From Sulfurihydrogenibium sp. (lineage in GTDB: Bacteria > Aquificota > Aquificia > Aquificales > Hydrogenothermaceae), in NCBI GenBank assembly GCA_037442825.1, contig JBBIPN010000017.1, positions 1 through 20,229 on the forward strand: DNA of 20,229 nt, written 5' to 3'. Under the pieces are notes generated by a model that was not told the origin of the DNA, searched no databases, and worked only from the letters and a program-made list of their open reading frames with translations. Of this stretch, positions 1 to 11,125 are shown in pieces. Each line of letters opens with the position of its first letter. Position 1 is the first letter of the stretch. The translations under genes were made by a program, and so were the position numbers.

Positions 1-704
1 CTAAACTTATAAAAGACCTAAAGATAGACTTTATTGTTTTAAACGGTGAAAATTTAGCCCATGGAAATGGAATAACAAAATCTGTTTTTGAAGAGATGTT
101 AAATACTGGCATAGATGTGATAACATCTGGAAATCATATATTCGATAAAAGAGAAGTTTTAGAGATAATAGACAACGATAGACTACTTAGACCTGCAAAT
201 TTGCCACCTACATCATCTGGAAAAGGTTTTAATATTTACGAAAAAAATGGTAAAAAGATAGCTGTTATAAACTTAATGGGAAGAGTTTTTATGGGATTAC
301 CTTTAGACTGTCCCTTTAGAACCTTTGATAATATATATAACCAAATAAAGGAATATGTAGATTATATAATTGTTGATTTTCATAGTGAAGCTACTTCTGA
401 AAAACAAGCATTTGCTAGCTATGTAGACTCAAGAGCCACTTTAGTTTTTGGAACCCATACCCATGTCCCAACAGCAGATGAAAGATTTTTACCAAAAGGT
501 ACTGGATATATAACAGATGTTGGTATGACGGGAGCTATAGACTCTGTTATTGGCATAAGAAAAGAAGAAATAGTAAAAAAATTTCTTAACGGAATGCCAG
601 AAAAGTATGAGCCAGCAGAAGGAGATTTTGTTTTTAATGGAATATTTTTAAATACTGAAGAGAAAATCTTAAAAAGAATTCAGATAAAGGAAAATGAACT
701 ATGA
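1..704 (+). CDS. YmdB-family (TIGR00282-type) metallophosphoesterase, 5'-truncated by the window edge
   Basis: The frame of ORF 96..704 is open back to base 3 (KLIKDLKIDFIVLNGENLAHGNGIT...), so the ATG at 96 is internal. Motifs NGEN, TSGNH, LRPAN, DFHSEATSEK, GTHTH and YITDVGMTG are typical of YmdB-like calcineurin-fold phosphoesterases. Confidence 0.9.
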   Translation, partial: KLIKDLKIDFIVLNGENLAHGNGITKSVFEEMLNTGIDVITSGNHIFDKREVLEIIDNDRLLRPANLPPTSSGKGFNIYEKNGKKIAVINLMGRVFMGLPLDCPFRTFDNIYNQIKEYVDYIIVDFHSEATSEKQAFASYVDSRATLVFGTHTHVPTADERFLPKGTGYITDVGMTGAIDSVIGIRKEEIVKKFLNGMPEKYEPAEGDFVFNGIFLNTEEKILKRIQIKENEL

Positions 705-1714
705 ATTACAAAAATTTTTTAGATTTAAAACTATCTGAGATTGGTATAGGGACATACCTGGGAAATTTAGACGAAGAAACAAATAAAAATTATAAAGAGA
801 CAATTAAAAAAGGTATTGAACTTGGTATAAACGTTATAGATACAGCTATAAACTATAGAGATATGGAAAGTGAAAGAGTTATAGCTGAAGTTTTATCTAA
901 TATTAATAGAAAAGATGTAATATTATCAACAAAAGGTGGCTATTTTCCAAAAGATAGCAGGGTCAAAATAAATGATATAACACGATATTTAAAAGAAAAT
1001 TTTATAGATAAAAATATTGTAAAACCTGAAGATATCACACCTTATGGAAATATTCTTTCTCCGACATACATAGATTGGTCTTTTGAAAAAAGTTTAGAAA
1101 ATTTAAATACAGATTATATAGATGTATACTTTTTACATAATCCAGAAGATCAATTAACAATAGTTAGTAAAGAAAAATTTTATAGAAAGTTATGGACAGT
1201 TTTTAGGCTTCTTGAAGGAAAAGTAGCAGAAGGTAAATTAAGATACTATGGACTTGCAACCTGGAACGGTTTTAGAGTTTTACCAGATCATACTCAATAT
1301 TTAAATCTGTTAGATATTTACAATATTGCTAACGAAGTTGGTGGAGATAATCATCATTTTAGATTTATTCAACTTCCCTACAATATAGCAATGCTTGAAG
1401 CTTACAAACTAAAGAATCAAAACTACAACAATCAATCTCTTTCAACTTTAGAACTTGCAGAAAAATTAGGAATTTATACATATATAAGCGCTCCACTATT
1501 TCAAAAAAGAATTTTAAGACAGTTTCCAGATAGGACAAAATCATTACTTAAAGTAGAAAGAGATGTTCATGTCCCAATTCAGATAGTTAGAAGTACTCCA
1601 GGTGTTGGAACAGTTCTTATAGGAATGGGTAAAATCTTACATTTAAAGGAAAATATAGAGATTGAAAATTACCAAAAATTAGATAATAATGATTTAGAAA
1701 ATATCTTAAACTAA
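701..1714 (+). CDS. Aldo/keto reductase family oxidoreductase
   Basis: SEIGIGT, VIDTAINY, STKGG, SLENLNTDYIDVYFLHNP and GKLRYYGL match the AKR fold with the D-Y-K-H tetrad. ATGA overlap with the upstream stop. Confidence 0.88.
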   Translation: MNYKNFLDLKLSEIGIGTYLGNLDEETNKNYKETIKKGIELGINVIDTAINYRDMESERVIAEVLSNINRKDVILSTKGGYFPKDSRVKINDITRYLKENFIDKNIVKPEDITPYGNILSPTYIDWSFEKSLENLNTDYIDVYFLHNPEDQLTIVSKEKFYRKLWTVFRLLEGKVAEGKLRYYGLATWNGFRVLPDHTQYLNLLDIYNIANEVGGDNHHFRFIQLPYNIAMLEAYKLKNQNYNNQSLSTLELAEKLGIYTYISAPLFQKRILRQFPDRTKSLLKVERDVHVPIQIVRSTPGVGTVLIGMGKILHLKENIEIENYQKLDNNDLENILN

Positions 1715-1725
1715 AAGGAGCAAAG

Positions 1726-2952
1726 ATGAAAAGCAAAATTTCCATGGTTATTGGAATTATGTTAATCTTTATTGCTGGTATGAGCTTTGGAGTAAGCTCA
1801 AAAGGTAAAACAGATTACACAGAAGAAATAGAAATTATTAAAACTTATACAGATATCCTTAAAATTGTTGAAGATAACTACGTTGAAAAACCTAAATCTA
1901 AAGATTTATTGTACGGTTCGTTAAGAGGATTACTTTCATCTTTAGATCCATACTCTACATTTTTTACTCCAGAAGAATTTAAAGAATTTACTTCAGAAAC
2001 ACAGGGAGAGTTTGGTGGACTTGGTATAGAGATAACCATGGAGAATAATAAACTTTTAGTTGTTTCGCCTATTGAAGATACACCCGCATACAAAGCAGGA
2101 TTAAAACCTGGGGACTGGATTGTGGAAATAAATGGAGAACCTACAGATAAAATGACTCTTTTTCAAGCTATTAAAAAAATGAGAGGAGAACCAGGAACAA
2201 AAGTAACACTTACAATATTTAGAAAAGGTATAGAAAAACCATTTAAAGTTGAAATTGTTAGAGATATGATTAAGGTAAAAAGTGTAAAAACAAAAGAGTT
2301 AGAGAATGGTAAAATTGGATACATAAGATTGACCCAGTTCCAAGAGAATTCTGCAGACGATTTTGAAAAAGCTTTAAAACAATTTAATAATAAAGAAGGA
2401 ATTATCATAGACTTAAGGAATAACCCTGGTGGTTTACTTACATCTGCTATATCAATATCAAGTATGATATTACCAAAAGGGAAACTTATCGTCTATACAC
2501 AAGGAAGGAGCTCAGATAGTAAAGAAGAGTACTACTCTGAAAGAGACCCGGTTATACCTAATGAAATTCCCATTGCTGTAATAGTAAATAAAGGTTCTGC
2601 TTCTGCATCAGAGATTTTAACAGGTTCCCTAAAAGATAACAAGAGAGCAATCATCGTAGGAGATACTACCTTTGGGAAAGCTTCCGTTCAAACATTAATA
2701 CCATTACAAGATGGCTCAGGAGTAAAACTTACCATTGCACATTACTATACACCTAGCGGTAATCTTATAATGAATAAAGGTATAACACCAGATATTATTG
2801 TAAAAATGACAGAAGAAGAAGAAATAGAAAAAGCTAAAGCAGAGAGAGAAGCAAAAATAAATGGAAAAGATGAAACATATATAAAAGATCCTCAGTTAGA
2901 AGCTGCTATAAATGCTGTAAAAATACTAAACTTTTCCAAGAAAATGAACTAA
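1726..2952 (+). CDS. ctpA: S41-family carboxyl-terminal processing protease (signal peptide, PDZ, S41 domain)
   Basis: LDPYS, FGGLGI, PDZ segment PAYKAGLKPGD, DLRNNPGGLL, SASASEI, TFGKASVQ and GITPD. RBS AAGGAG upstream. Confidence 0.9.
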   Translation: MKSKISMVIGIMLIFIAGMSFGVSSKGKTDYTEEIEIIKTYTDILKIVEDNYVEKPKSKDLLYGSLRGLLSSLDPYSTFFTPEEFKEFTSETQGEFGGLGIEITMENNKLLVVSPIEDTPAYKAGLKPGDWIVEINGEPTDKMTLFQAIKKMRGEPGTKVTLTIFRKGIEKPFKVEIVRDMIKVKSVKTKELENGKIGYIRLTQFQENSADDFEKALKQFNNKEGIIIDLRNNPGGLLTSAISISSMILPKGKLIVYTQGRSSDSKEEYYSERDPVIPNEIPIAVIVNKGSASASEILTGSLKDNKRAIIVGDTTFGKASVQTLIPLQDGSGVKLTIAHYYTPSGNLIMNKGITPDIIVKMTEEEEIEKAKAEREAKINGKDETYIKDPQLEAAINAVKILNFSKKMN

Positions 2953-3969
2953 ATGATAATAGTCGGAATAGAAAGTTCTTGTGATGATACCTCTGTAGCT
3001 ATATTTGACAGTGAAAGAGGTATCCTTTCAAATATAGTATCATCTCAAAAGATACATTCAGAATTTGGTGGAGTTTTTCCAGAACTTGCAGCAAGGGAAC
3101 ATACTAAAAACTTTATACCAGTTTTAGAAAAAGCTCTAAAAGATGCAAATATATCATTAAATCAAATAGATGCAATAGCAACAACATTTATGCCTGGTTT
3201 AATCGTCTCTCTTGTTATAGGCGTATCTGGTGCAAAAGCTTTAGCTTTTTCTCTGAAAAAACCATTAATTCCTGTTCACCATATAGAAGCTCATATATTT
3301 GCAAACTTCGTTAATAAAGAAATAAAATATCCATTCTTAGCTTTAGTTGTATCTGGTGGCCATACGGAGTTAATTTTGGTTAAAGATTTTGAAGATTACG
3401 TTTATCTTGGTGGAACCCTAGACGATGCGGTAGGAGAAGTTTATGATAAAGTAGCAAGAGCTTTAGAACTAGGTTTTCCTGGTGGACCAGTAATAGATAA
3501 GTTAGCAAGAGAAGGAAAAGAAACTATAAAATTTCCAAGACCTTTAATAAATGAGAAAGGAGAAAATAAATATAACTTTTCATTTAGTGGTTTAAAAACA
3601 GCAGTTATAAAAGAAATAAAAAAAGAAATATATAAAAAAGAAGATATAGCAGCATCTTTTCAAAATGCTGTAATAGATGTTTTAATCAAAAAAACATTAA
3701 ATGCTGCTTATGAGTTTAAAGTAAAAAATATTGTCATAGCAGGTGGTGTATCAGCAAATTCAAAACTAAGAGAAGAATTCCAAAAAGTAAAAGATATTGA
3801 TATAAGTTTTCCACCATTATATTTATGTACTGACAATGGTGCTATGGTAGCTTTTACAGGGTATAAACGACTTAAAGAAAAAGGTACAACCGTTCCTTTA
3901 GATTTTGAAGCAAAAGCGAGATGCAGAATAGATCAATTTTCAAAATTATTTAGAAATCTTCATTCCTAA
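2953..3969 (+). CDS. tsaD: tRNA N6-threonylcarbamoyladenosine transferase subunit TsaD
   Basis: GIESSCDDT, GGVFPELAAREH, metal motif HHIEAH, VSGGHT, DDAVGE.YDK, FSFSGLKT, AGGVSAN and CTDNGAM. Confidence 0.96.
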   Translation: MIIVGIESSCDDTSVAIFDSERGILSNIVSSQKIHSEFGGVFPELAAREHTKNFIPVLEKALKDANISLNQIDAIATTFMPGLIVSLVIGVSGAKALAFSLKKPLIPVHHIEAHIFANFVNKEIKYPFLALVVSGGHTELILVKDFEDYVYLGGTLDDAVGEVYDKVARALELGFPGGPVIDKLAREGKETIKFPRPLINEKGENKYNFSFSGLKTAVIKEIKKEIYKKEDIAASFQNAVIDVLIKKTLNAAYEFKVKNIVIAGGVSANSKLREEFQKVKDIDISFPPLYLCTDNGAMVAFTGYKRLKEKGTTVPLDFEAKARCRIDQFSKLFRNLHS

Positions 3970-4029
3970 AATTCCAGCAAATACAACAACCAAGAAAAAC
4001 ACAAACATAACTAATAAAACGTTTTCCAT
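3946..4029 (-). CDS. Putative 27-aa single-pass membrane protein (MENVLLVMFVFFLVVVFAGILGMKISK), not in the ORF track
   Basis: Read manually: ATG at 4029-4027, TAA at 3948-3946, SD-like AAGGTGA 5 nt upstream. About 20 uncharged, mostly hydrophobic residues followed by a basic tail. Overlaps the tsaD 3' end by 24 nt. Confidence 0.55.
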   Translation of the reverse strand: MENVLLVMFVFFLVVVFAGILGMKISK

Positions 4030-4041
4030 AGATATCACCTT

Positions 4042-4074
4042 ATGATAAAGCCCACCAGATTATCTCTGGTGAGC
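4042..4074 (-). terminator. Probable intrinsic terminator or stabilising hairpin after atpD
   Basis: Minus strand GCTCACCAGA-GATAA-TCTGGTGGGC (10-bp stem with one U.G pair) followed by a weak U-tract TTTATCAT, 13 nt after the atpD stop. Confidence 0.7.
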
Positions 4075-4087
4075 ATAACTATTAAAT

Positions 4088-5512
<1,425 letters not shown>

Positions 5513-5533
5513 TTATAATTCCTCCTTAAATAT

Positions 5534-6409
5534 TTACTTAATTGCTTCAGCAGCGTTAATTATATCTATAAGTTCTGTTGTAATAGCTTCTTGTCTTGCT
5601 TTGTTAAAAATAATTGTCCATTTTCTAATCGCTTCACCAGCATTTTTAGTAGCATTATCCATAGCAAGCATTCTTGCAGAATGTTCTGCAGTAGAAGACT
5701 CTATTAAGGCTCTGTATAACTGGAAGTTAATATATCTCTGTAGTAATGAATTTAAAACATCTTCTTTTGATGGCTCAATATTATAAACAGATACTTCTTC
5801 TAATTTTTTAGAAGAAACTGTAGGTTCAAGGGGGAGAAGTTTTCTAATTTTTGTTTCATAAGTAGCAGATGTAATAAGTTCATTGTTAATTAAAAGTACT
5901 GAATCTGATTTTTCTTCTATAAATCTTGAAGAGAGAATTCCTCCTAATTTTGATGTAAAATTTAGATTCATATGATCTCTATATATATCTTCATGAGCTT
6001 CAACTATATTAAAACCTTTATTTTTAAAGAAATTAACACCTTTTCTACCTATAAGGATTAAATTTACATTCTGGCCTTGAGATTTTAGTTCTTGTATTTC
6101 TCGTAAAGCTGTTTTAATTACGTTTGAGTTGAAAGCTCCAGCTAGACCTCTATCAGCAGTAATAATTACAATATCCACATTCTTTTCTTCTCTTTTAGCT
6201 AATAAAGGATGGGATTCTCTATGTATGTAGATAGATAGATCTTCAATAAGTTCATAAAGTTTATTAGAGTAAGGTCTTGTTGCATAAAGTAGAGCTTGTG
6301 CCTTTCTTAATTTAGCAGCAGACACAGCTTTCATTGCTTTTGTTATTCTTTGAGTATTTTTTATACCATTTATTTTTCTTTTAATGTCCCTTGGGGATAA
6401 TTTAGCCAT
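5534..6409 (-). CDS. atpG: F0F1 ATP synthase subunit gamma
   Basis: ITKAMKAVSAAK, ADRGLAGAFN, EHSARMLAMDNAT.NA and NKARQEAITTEL. Lies between alpha and beta. Confidence 0.97.
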   Translation of the reverse strand: MAKLSPRDIKRKINGIKNTQRITKAMKAVSAAKLRKAQALLYATRPYSNKLYELIEDLSIYIHRESHPLLAKREEKNVDIVIITADRGLAGAFNSNVIKTALREIQELKSQGQNVNLILIGRKGVNFFKNKGFNIVEAHEDIYRDHMNLNFTSKLGGILSSRFIEEKSDSVLLINNELITSATYETKIRKLLPLEPTVSSKKLEEVSVYNIEPSKEDVLNSLLQRYINFQLYRALIESSTAEHSARMLAMDNATKNAGEAIRKWTIIFNKARQEAITTELIDIINAAEAIK

Positions 6410-6420
6410 CTTTTATCTCC

Positions 6421-7935
6421 TTAGAATACTACCTTTTGTTTAAACTCTTTAACTGCAGCATCCAGTTTTGCTTTTATATCATCTGTTAAAGCTTTTTCTC
6501 TTCTGATAGCTTCTAAAATATCTGGTTTCTCAATATCTAAGAATGTATAAAACTCTTTTTCAAATTTTTGTATTGCATTAACAGGTACATCATCTAAATA
6601 ACCTTGACCTGCTATATAAATTATGGCAACTTGTTTTTCTACTGGAACTGGTTGATTTGGTGGTTGCTTTAGAAGTTCGACCATTCTCTGTCCTCTTGCA
6701 ATCTGCATCTGGGTAGCTTTATCTAACTCTGAAGCAAATTGAACAAAAGCTTCAAGCTCTCTATACTGAGCTAAATCAAGTCTTAAAGTACCTGCAACTT
6801 GTTTCATTGCTTTTATTTGTGCAGCACCACCAACCCTTGAAACTGATATACCTACGTTAATTGCAGGTCTTATACCTTTATAGAATAAGTCTGCTTCAAG
6901 GAATATCTGACCATCAGTAATAGAGATAACGTTTGTTGGAATGTATGCTGCAACGTCACCAGCTTGTGTTTCAATTATAGGTAAAGCTGTTAATGAACCT
7001 GCGCCAAGCTCATCGTTTAATTTAGCAGCTCTCTCTAATAATCTTGAATGTAAGTAGAATACATCACCTGGGTAAGCTTCTCTACCAGGTGGTCTTCTAA
7101 GTAATAATGACAACTGTCTGTATGCATACGCATGTTTTGTTAAATCATCATATATAACTAATGCATGCATTCCATTATCTCTAAAGTACTCTCCAATAGT
7201 ACATCCAACAAATGGAGCTATGTATTGCATAGTTGCAGGGTCAGAAGATGTAGCAGCAACTACTGTTGTATATTCCATTGCACCATATTTTTGAAGTGTT
7301 TCAACAATGTGAACTACGTTTGCTCTTTTTTGTCCTATTGCAACATAGATACAGTAAACACCTTGTCCTTTTTGATTTAAAATTGTATCTATAGCAATAG
7401 TGGTTTTACCTGTAGCTCTATCACCAATAATAAGCTCCCTCTGACCCCTACCTATTGGTATCATTGCGTCAATAGCTTTTATACCTGTTTGAAGTGGTTC
7501 ATGTACAGATTTTCTTTTTACAACACCAGGAGCTATTTTTTCAACTGGAGAGTAGTAAGCTATATCTGTTAATGGACCTTTTCCATCTATTGGATTTCCA
7601 AGTCCATCTACCACTCTACCTAAAAGTCCTTTTCCTACTGGAATAGATAAAATTCTACCTGTTCTCTTTACTATACTACCTTCTTTAACGTTCACATCAG
7701 AACCAAGTAAAACAGCACCAACGTTATCTTCTTCAAGGTTAAACACAACACCAACAATTCCACTTTCAAACTCAAGCATTTCACCCATCATTGCTTTTTC
7801 AAGGCCGTATATACGAGCAACACCATCACCAACTTGGATAACAGTTCCTATTTCTTCAAGATTAGCACTTACTTGAAACTCCTCTAATTGTTTGTTTAAA
7901 TTTTCTAAAACCTCATCAGCTCTAATTACAGACAT
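6421..7935 (-). CDS. atpA: F0F1 ATP synthase subunit alpha
   Basis: [62 protein letters not shown] and SVSRVGG. Confidence 0.99.
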   Translation of the reverse strand: MSVIRADEVLENLNKQLEEFQVSANLEEIGTVIQVGDGVARIYGLEKAMMGEMLEFESGIVGVVFNLEEDNVGAVLLGSDVNVKEGSIVKRTGRILSIPVGKGLLGRVVDGLGNPIDGKGPLTDIAYYSPVEKIAPGVVKRKSVHEPLQTGIKAIDAMIPIGRGQRELIIGDRATGKTTIAIDTILNQKGQGVYCIYVAIGQKRANVVHIVETLQKYGAMEYTTVVAATSSDPATMQYIAPFVGCTIGEYFRDNGMHALVIYDDLTKHAYAYRQLSLLLRRPPGREAYPGDVFYLHSRLLERAAKLNDELGAGSLTALPIIETQAGDVAAYIPTNVISITDGQIFLEADLFYKGIRPAINVGISVSRVGGAAQIKAMKQVAGTLRLDLAQYRELEAFVQFASELDKATQMQIARGQRMVELLKQPPNQPVPVEKQVAIIYIAGQGYLDDVPVNAIQKFEKEFYTFLDIEKPDILEAIRREKALTDDIKAKLDAAVKEFKQKVVF

Positions 7936-7957
7936 TTACTTTTAACCTCCTATTATA

Positions 7958-8506
7958 TTAAAATCTTGATAAAGTTTTTTCTAACTTGTTTAAATAAGAT
8001 TTAATAGAAGTATCTACGATATAGCTACCAGCTTTTATAATAGCACCACCTATTAAACTCTTATCTTCTCTTACTTTAAATTCAACTTTTTTACCGATTC
8101 TGGATTCCATTATTGTTTTAATTTGATTTAACATTTCTTCGTCTATTTTGTAAGCTGAAATAATTTCACCTTGAACTGTTCCAAAGAATTTTTCAACTTC
8201 AAATTTAAAAACTTTATTAATTTCTTTTAAAATAGAACCTTTTTTATCTTTTATAACATTAAAAATAATTTCTGTCAGTTCTTGCGGAGCATTTAAACTA
8301 GACATTAGTTTTATTATAGCCTTTTCTTTATCTTCAACTGGCAATTTTGGATTTAATACAATATTTCTGAAAATTAAATTCTCTTTGAAAAGTTTATGTA
8401 AAACATCAAGAATTGAAGAGATCTCTAAAAGATTTTCTTCTGATTTATCTGTTTTAGAGAGAATTTCTTTTATAGTTTTCTTTAAATACTTTTTGTCTAC
8501 CTTCAA
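7958..8506 (-). CDS. atpH: F0F1 ATP synthase subunit delta
   Basis: Lies directly upstream of atpA. C-terminal DKSLIGG...GSYIVDTSI is a delta/OSCP signature. TTG start with GGAGG 6 nt upstream, inside the atpF 3' end. Confidence 0.88.
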   Translation of the reverse strand: MKVDKKYLKKTIKEILSKTDKSEENLLEISSILDVLHKLFKENLIFRNIVLNPKLPVEDKEKAIIKLMSSLNAPQELTEIIFNVIKDKKGSILKEINKVFKFEVEKFFGTVQGEIISAYKIDEEMLNQIKTIMESRIGKKVEFKVREDKSLIGGAIIKAGSYIVDTSIKSYLNKLEKTLSRF

Positions 8507-8507
8507 T

Positions 8508-9044
8508 TTACGCCTCCAAATTCTTTAATGTTTTCTTTATAATAGCTTTATCTACTTCTTCATTAACAGAATCTTCTATTATATGTTTTGAAATCTCTAT
8601 TGCTTTTTCAGCAGCATACTTTTTAAGTTTTAACTCAGCTCTTTTTATTTCTATATTTATAGATTCTTTAGCTTGTGATTTTATCCTTTCAGCCATTTCA
8701 TTAGCTTTAGATATAGCATAATTTCTTTCTGTCTCTCCCATTTCTTTTGCGATTTTTATACTTTCTTCTAATTTATATTTAGCTTCCTCTAACTTTCTTT
8801 TTGCTTCTTCTAAAGCTTTTTCACTGTCTTCTTTAGCTTTTTGTGCTTGAAGAATCATATCGGCTACATTATCTCTTCTATCATTTAGAAATTTCTTAAT
8901 ATACTTTCCACCAAAAAATGCAATTATTCCAAGAAGAACAACTGTATTAATAGCTTTCCATAGTAAAATTGAACTTTCTCCAGAAGATTCAGAAGCAAAA
9001 GAAAATCCAGCAATAACTAAACTAAAAAATAAAATTTTATTCAT
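8508..9044 (-). CDS. atpF: F0F1 ATP synthase subunit b (with N-terminal signal-like extension)
   Basis: Hydrophobic N-terminus (W..IN..VLLGII), then RRDNV and a long Ala/Glu/Lys coiled coil. Operon position supports the call. Confidence 0.85.
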   Translation of the reverse strand: MNKILFFSLVIAGFSFASESSGESSILLWKAINTVVLLGIIAFFGGKYIKKFLNDRRDNVADMILQAQKAKEDSEKALEEAKRKLEEAKYKLEESIKIAKEMGETERNYAISKANEMAERIKSQAKESINIEIKRAELKLKKYAAEKAIEISKHIIEDSVNEEVDKAIIKKTLKNLEA

Positions 9045-9481
9045 GCTGCTTTCTCCTTTAGTGTTATCTTTTCTACTATTTTTTCTGCTATCTTTTTAAC
9101 TGCAACATCAAGAGCTTTCTTCTCTATATCTAAAACTCTATCTATATCTACTTTAGCGGATTGTATTTCTTTCTCAGCATCTTCTTGAGCTTTTCTAAGG
9201 ATTTCAGCAACTATTTGATTTGTTTCATGATGTGCTTGATTTAAGATTTTATCACTTTCTACCTTTCCTCTATTTAAAATTTCTTCAACTTCTTTTAAGA
9301 TTTCTTGAACCAATGAATTATTTTTCTCTGCTACTTCTAATAAATTTTTAACTGTTTCTTCTCTTTCTGTTAAACTTTGCAAGTAAGGTTGAAGATAGAT
9401 TTTATTCATTATGAGCATAAATACAAAGAAAATACCAAGTTGAATAAAAAGTGTATAGTCTAAAGATATCCCTACGTGCAT
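9041..9481 (-). CDS. F0F1 ATP synthase subunit b' (second b-type subunit)
   Basis: DYTLFIQLGIFFVFMLIMNKIYLQP...ERE is a b/b' signature followed by a coiled coil. AGGAGG RBS and ATGA overlap with the next gene. Confidence 0.85.
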   Translation of the reverse strand: MHVGISLDYTLFIQLGIFFVFMLIMNKIYLQPYLQSLTEREETVKNLLEVAEKNNSLVQEILKEVEEILNRGKVESDKILNQAHHETNQIVAEILRKAQEDAEKEIQSAKVDIDRVLDIEKKALDVAVKKIAEKIVEKITLKEKAA

Positions 9482-9522
9482 AAAATCCTCCTATTTTTCT
9501 TGCTTTGTAATTTCAATATATT

Positions 9523-9551
9523 ATAATAACAGAAAATTTTATATATTTCAA
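9523..9551 (-). promoter_or_regulatory. Putative sigma70 promoter of the atp operon
   Basis: Minus strand TTGAAA (9551-9546), 17-bp spacer, TATTAT (9528-9523), with a TG extension (TGtTATTAT). AT-rich background limits certainty. Confidence 0.5.
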
Positions 9552-9554
9552 ATA

Positions 9555-9563
9555 TGCTAAAAT
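9555..9563 (+). promoter_or_regulatory. Putative extended -10 promoter of the K+ channel-hemD unit
   Basis: TGcTAAAAT, 26 nt upstream of the GTG at 9590. Confidence 0.4.
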
Positions 9564-9589
9564 TATAAATAAAAAAAAGAGAAAGTAGT

Positions 9590-11125
9590 GTGTTAAAAGT
9601 AAAAAATAAAAAGTACAAATCTACATTAAAACGAATAAAAATAGATATTTATAACATATTAGAAAATGAAAGAAGTCCTCTTAACCATATATACAGTATA
9701 ATTGCTATAATATTAGTAATAGCATCTTCAATGACTATACTTTTTCTCTTTACACCACAAAGGGAAAATTTACCTCCTGATTTATATACTTTTTTAAAAA
9801 ATTTCGAAGAGATTAGCTTAATATTTTTCTTAGTAGAATACATCCTTAGATGGTGGGTAATATCAGACTTTTTAGATGACTTTAAAAGCTACGTTAATCA
9901 ACATGAAACAAAAAATACAAAAGTTTATATTAAAGGGATTTTAAAAGCGTTAGAAGTTAAGTTTAGATGGATGATAAAACCATATTCAATAATAGATTTT
10001 CTTGCAATTTTACCTATAATTAGACCTTTAAGGTTGTTAAGAATATTTCAGATTATTAGAATTTTTAAATTAATCAGATATTCTAATGTGTTTAAAAACA
10101 TAATTAAAGCTTTTAAAGAGCAGTGGTTTATTTTCTTATTTTCTTTTCTGATGATATTTCTTAATATATTTGTTCTTTCATTGATTACGTATGTATATGA
10201 ATACAATGAAAATAACAAAGAATTTTCTTCTCTATGGATTGCTATCTACTGGGGTATTATTACATCTTTTACTGTTGGCTATGGAGATATTGTTCCTATA
10301 TCAGAAGTAGGTAGGATGTGTGCCTCTATAATGACTATATTAAATATTATATTTATCTCTATTCTTACTGCTGGATTTTCAGCATCTTTTATAAATAAAC
10401 TATTAGAATTAAAGGAAGGAGGGATAAAAATGAAAGATTTAAAAGATCATATAGTAATCTGTGGTTACAATGAAACATCAGAAGAGATTCTTAAAAAGAT
10501 TATGGAAAACAATATAGACAAAGAAAAGCCAGTAGTTTTAATTACAAATGTAAACAAAAAAGATCTTGGAATAGAATTATCTAAATACATAATCTACAAA
10601 AGAGGAGATTTCATAATAGAGAATAATCTTTTAGACATAGCTATAGAGAAAGCTTCTGATGTTATCATAGTAGGTGAAAAGCTTGCAAATTTAAATGAAA
10701 GGGATACAGATGCACGAACAGCTTTAGCTGGGATGTTAATAAAAACATTAAATCCAAATTGTAAATTGTATGTAGAAGTTTTACTTGATGAAGATGCTGA
10801 AATATTTAAAAAACGTATAAAAGCAAGAGAAGTTTTAATACATGGTCAAATTTTAGGTAAAATACTATTTTCAAGTATACTAAATCCAGGAAATACAAAC
10901 TTAATAGAAACATTAATAAATATAGAAACAGGAATAAGGAAGATAAAAGTTAAAGAGTTGGGGAATGTTAAAAATTTTAAAGAAGTTTTTTTTGATGCAA
11001 GAAAATTAGGATTTTTGCCTATTGCTTTAGAAAGAAATAGAAAGATAATATTAAATCCACCTGATGATTTTGAGATTCTTGAAAATGATTATATATTCCT
11101 TATTCCAAAAGGTGATATTTCATGA
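9590..11125 (+). CDS. 6TM (voltage-sensor-type) potassium channel with C-terminal RCK/TrkA-N domain
   Basis: S2 EYILRWW, S3 IIDFLAILP, S4 RPLRLLRIFQIIRIFKLIR, selectivity filter TVGYGD and RCK start DHIVICGYN. The GTG start has a weak RBS, so the exact start is uncertain. Confidence 0.92.
   Translation: MLKVKNKKYKSTLKRIKIDIYNILENERSPLNHIYSIIAIILVIASSMTILFLFTPQRENLPPDLYTFLKNFEEISLIFFLVEYILRWWVISDFLDDFKSYVNQHETKNTKVYIKGILKALEVKFRWMIKPYSIIDFLAILPIIRPLRLLRIFQIIRIFKLIRYSNVFKNIIKAFKEQWFIFLFSFLMIFLNIFVLSLITYVYEYNENNKEFSSLWIAIYWGIITSFTVGYGDIVPISEVGRMCASIMTILNIIFISILTAGFSASFINKLLELKEGGIKMKDLKDHIVICGYNETSEEILKKIMENNIDKEKPVVLITNVNKKDLGIELSKYIIYKRGDFIIENNLLDIAIEKASDVIIVGEKLANLNERDTDARTALAGMLIKTLNPNCKLYVEVLLDEDAEIFKKRIKAREVLIHGQILGKILFSSILNPGNTNLIETLINIETGIRKIKVKELGNVKNFKEVFFDARKLGFLPIALERNRKIILNPPDDFEILENDYIFLIPKGDIS
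10417..10432 (+). promoter_or_regulatory. Internal ribosome-binding site and in-frame ATG (Met281) at the start of the RCK domain
   Basis: AGGAGG at 10417-10422, 7-nt spacer, ATG at 10430, in frame with 9590. Confidence 0.65.

Noticed and set aside
96..98. ATG at 96 as the start of the first gene
   Set aside because: The frame is open to the window edge and contains the conserved NGEN motif upstream, so the true start lies outside the window.
1878..2408. Minus-strand ORFs 1878..2093 and 2163..2408
   Set aside because: Antisense shadows inside the well-supported S41 protease gene, with no recognisable motifs.
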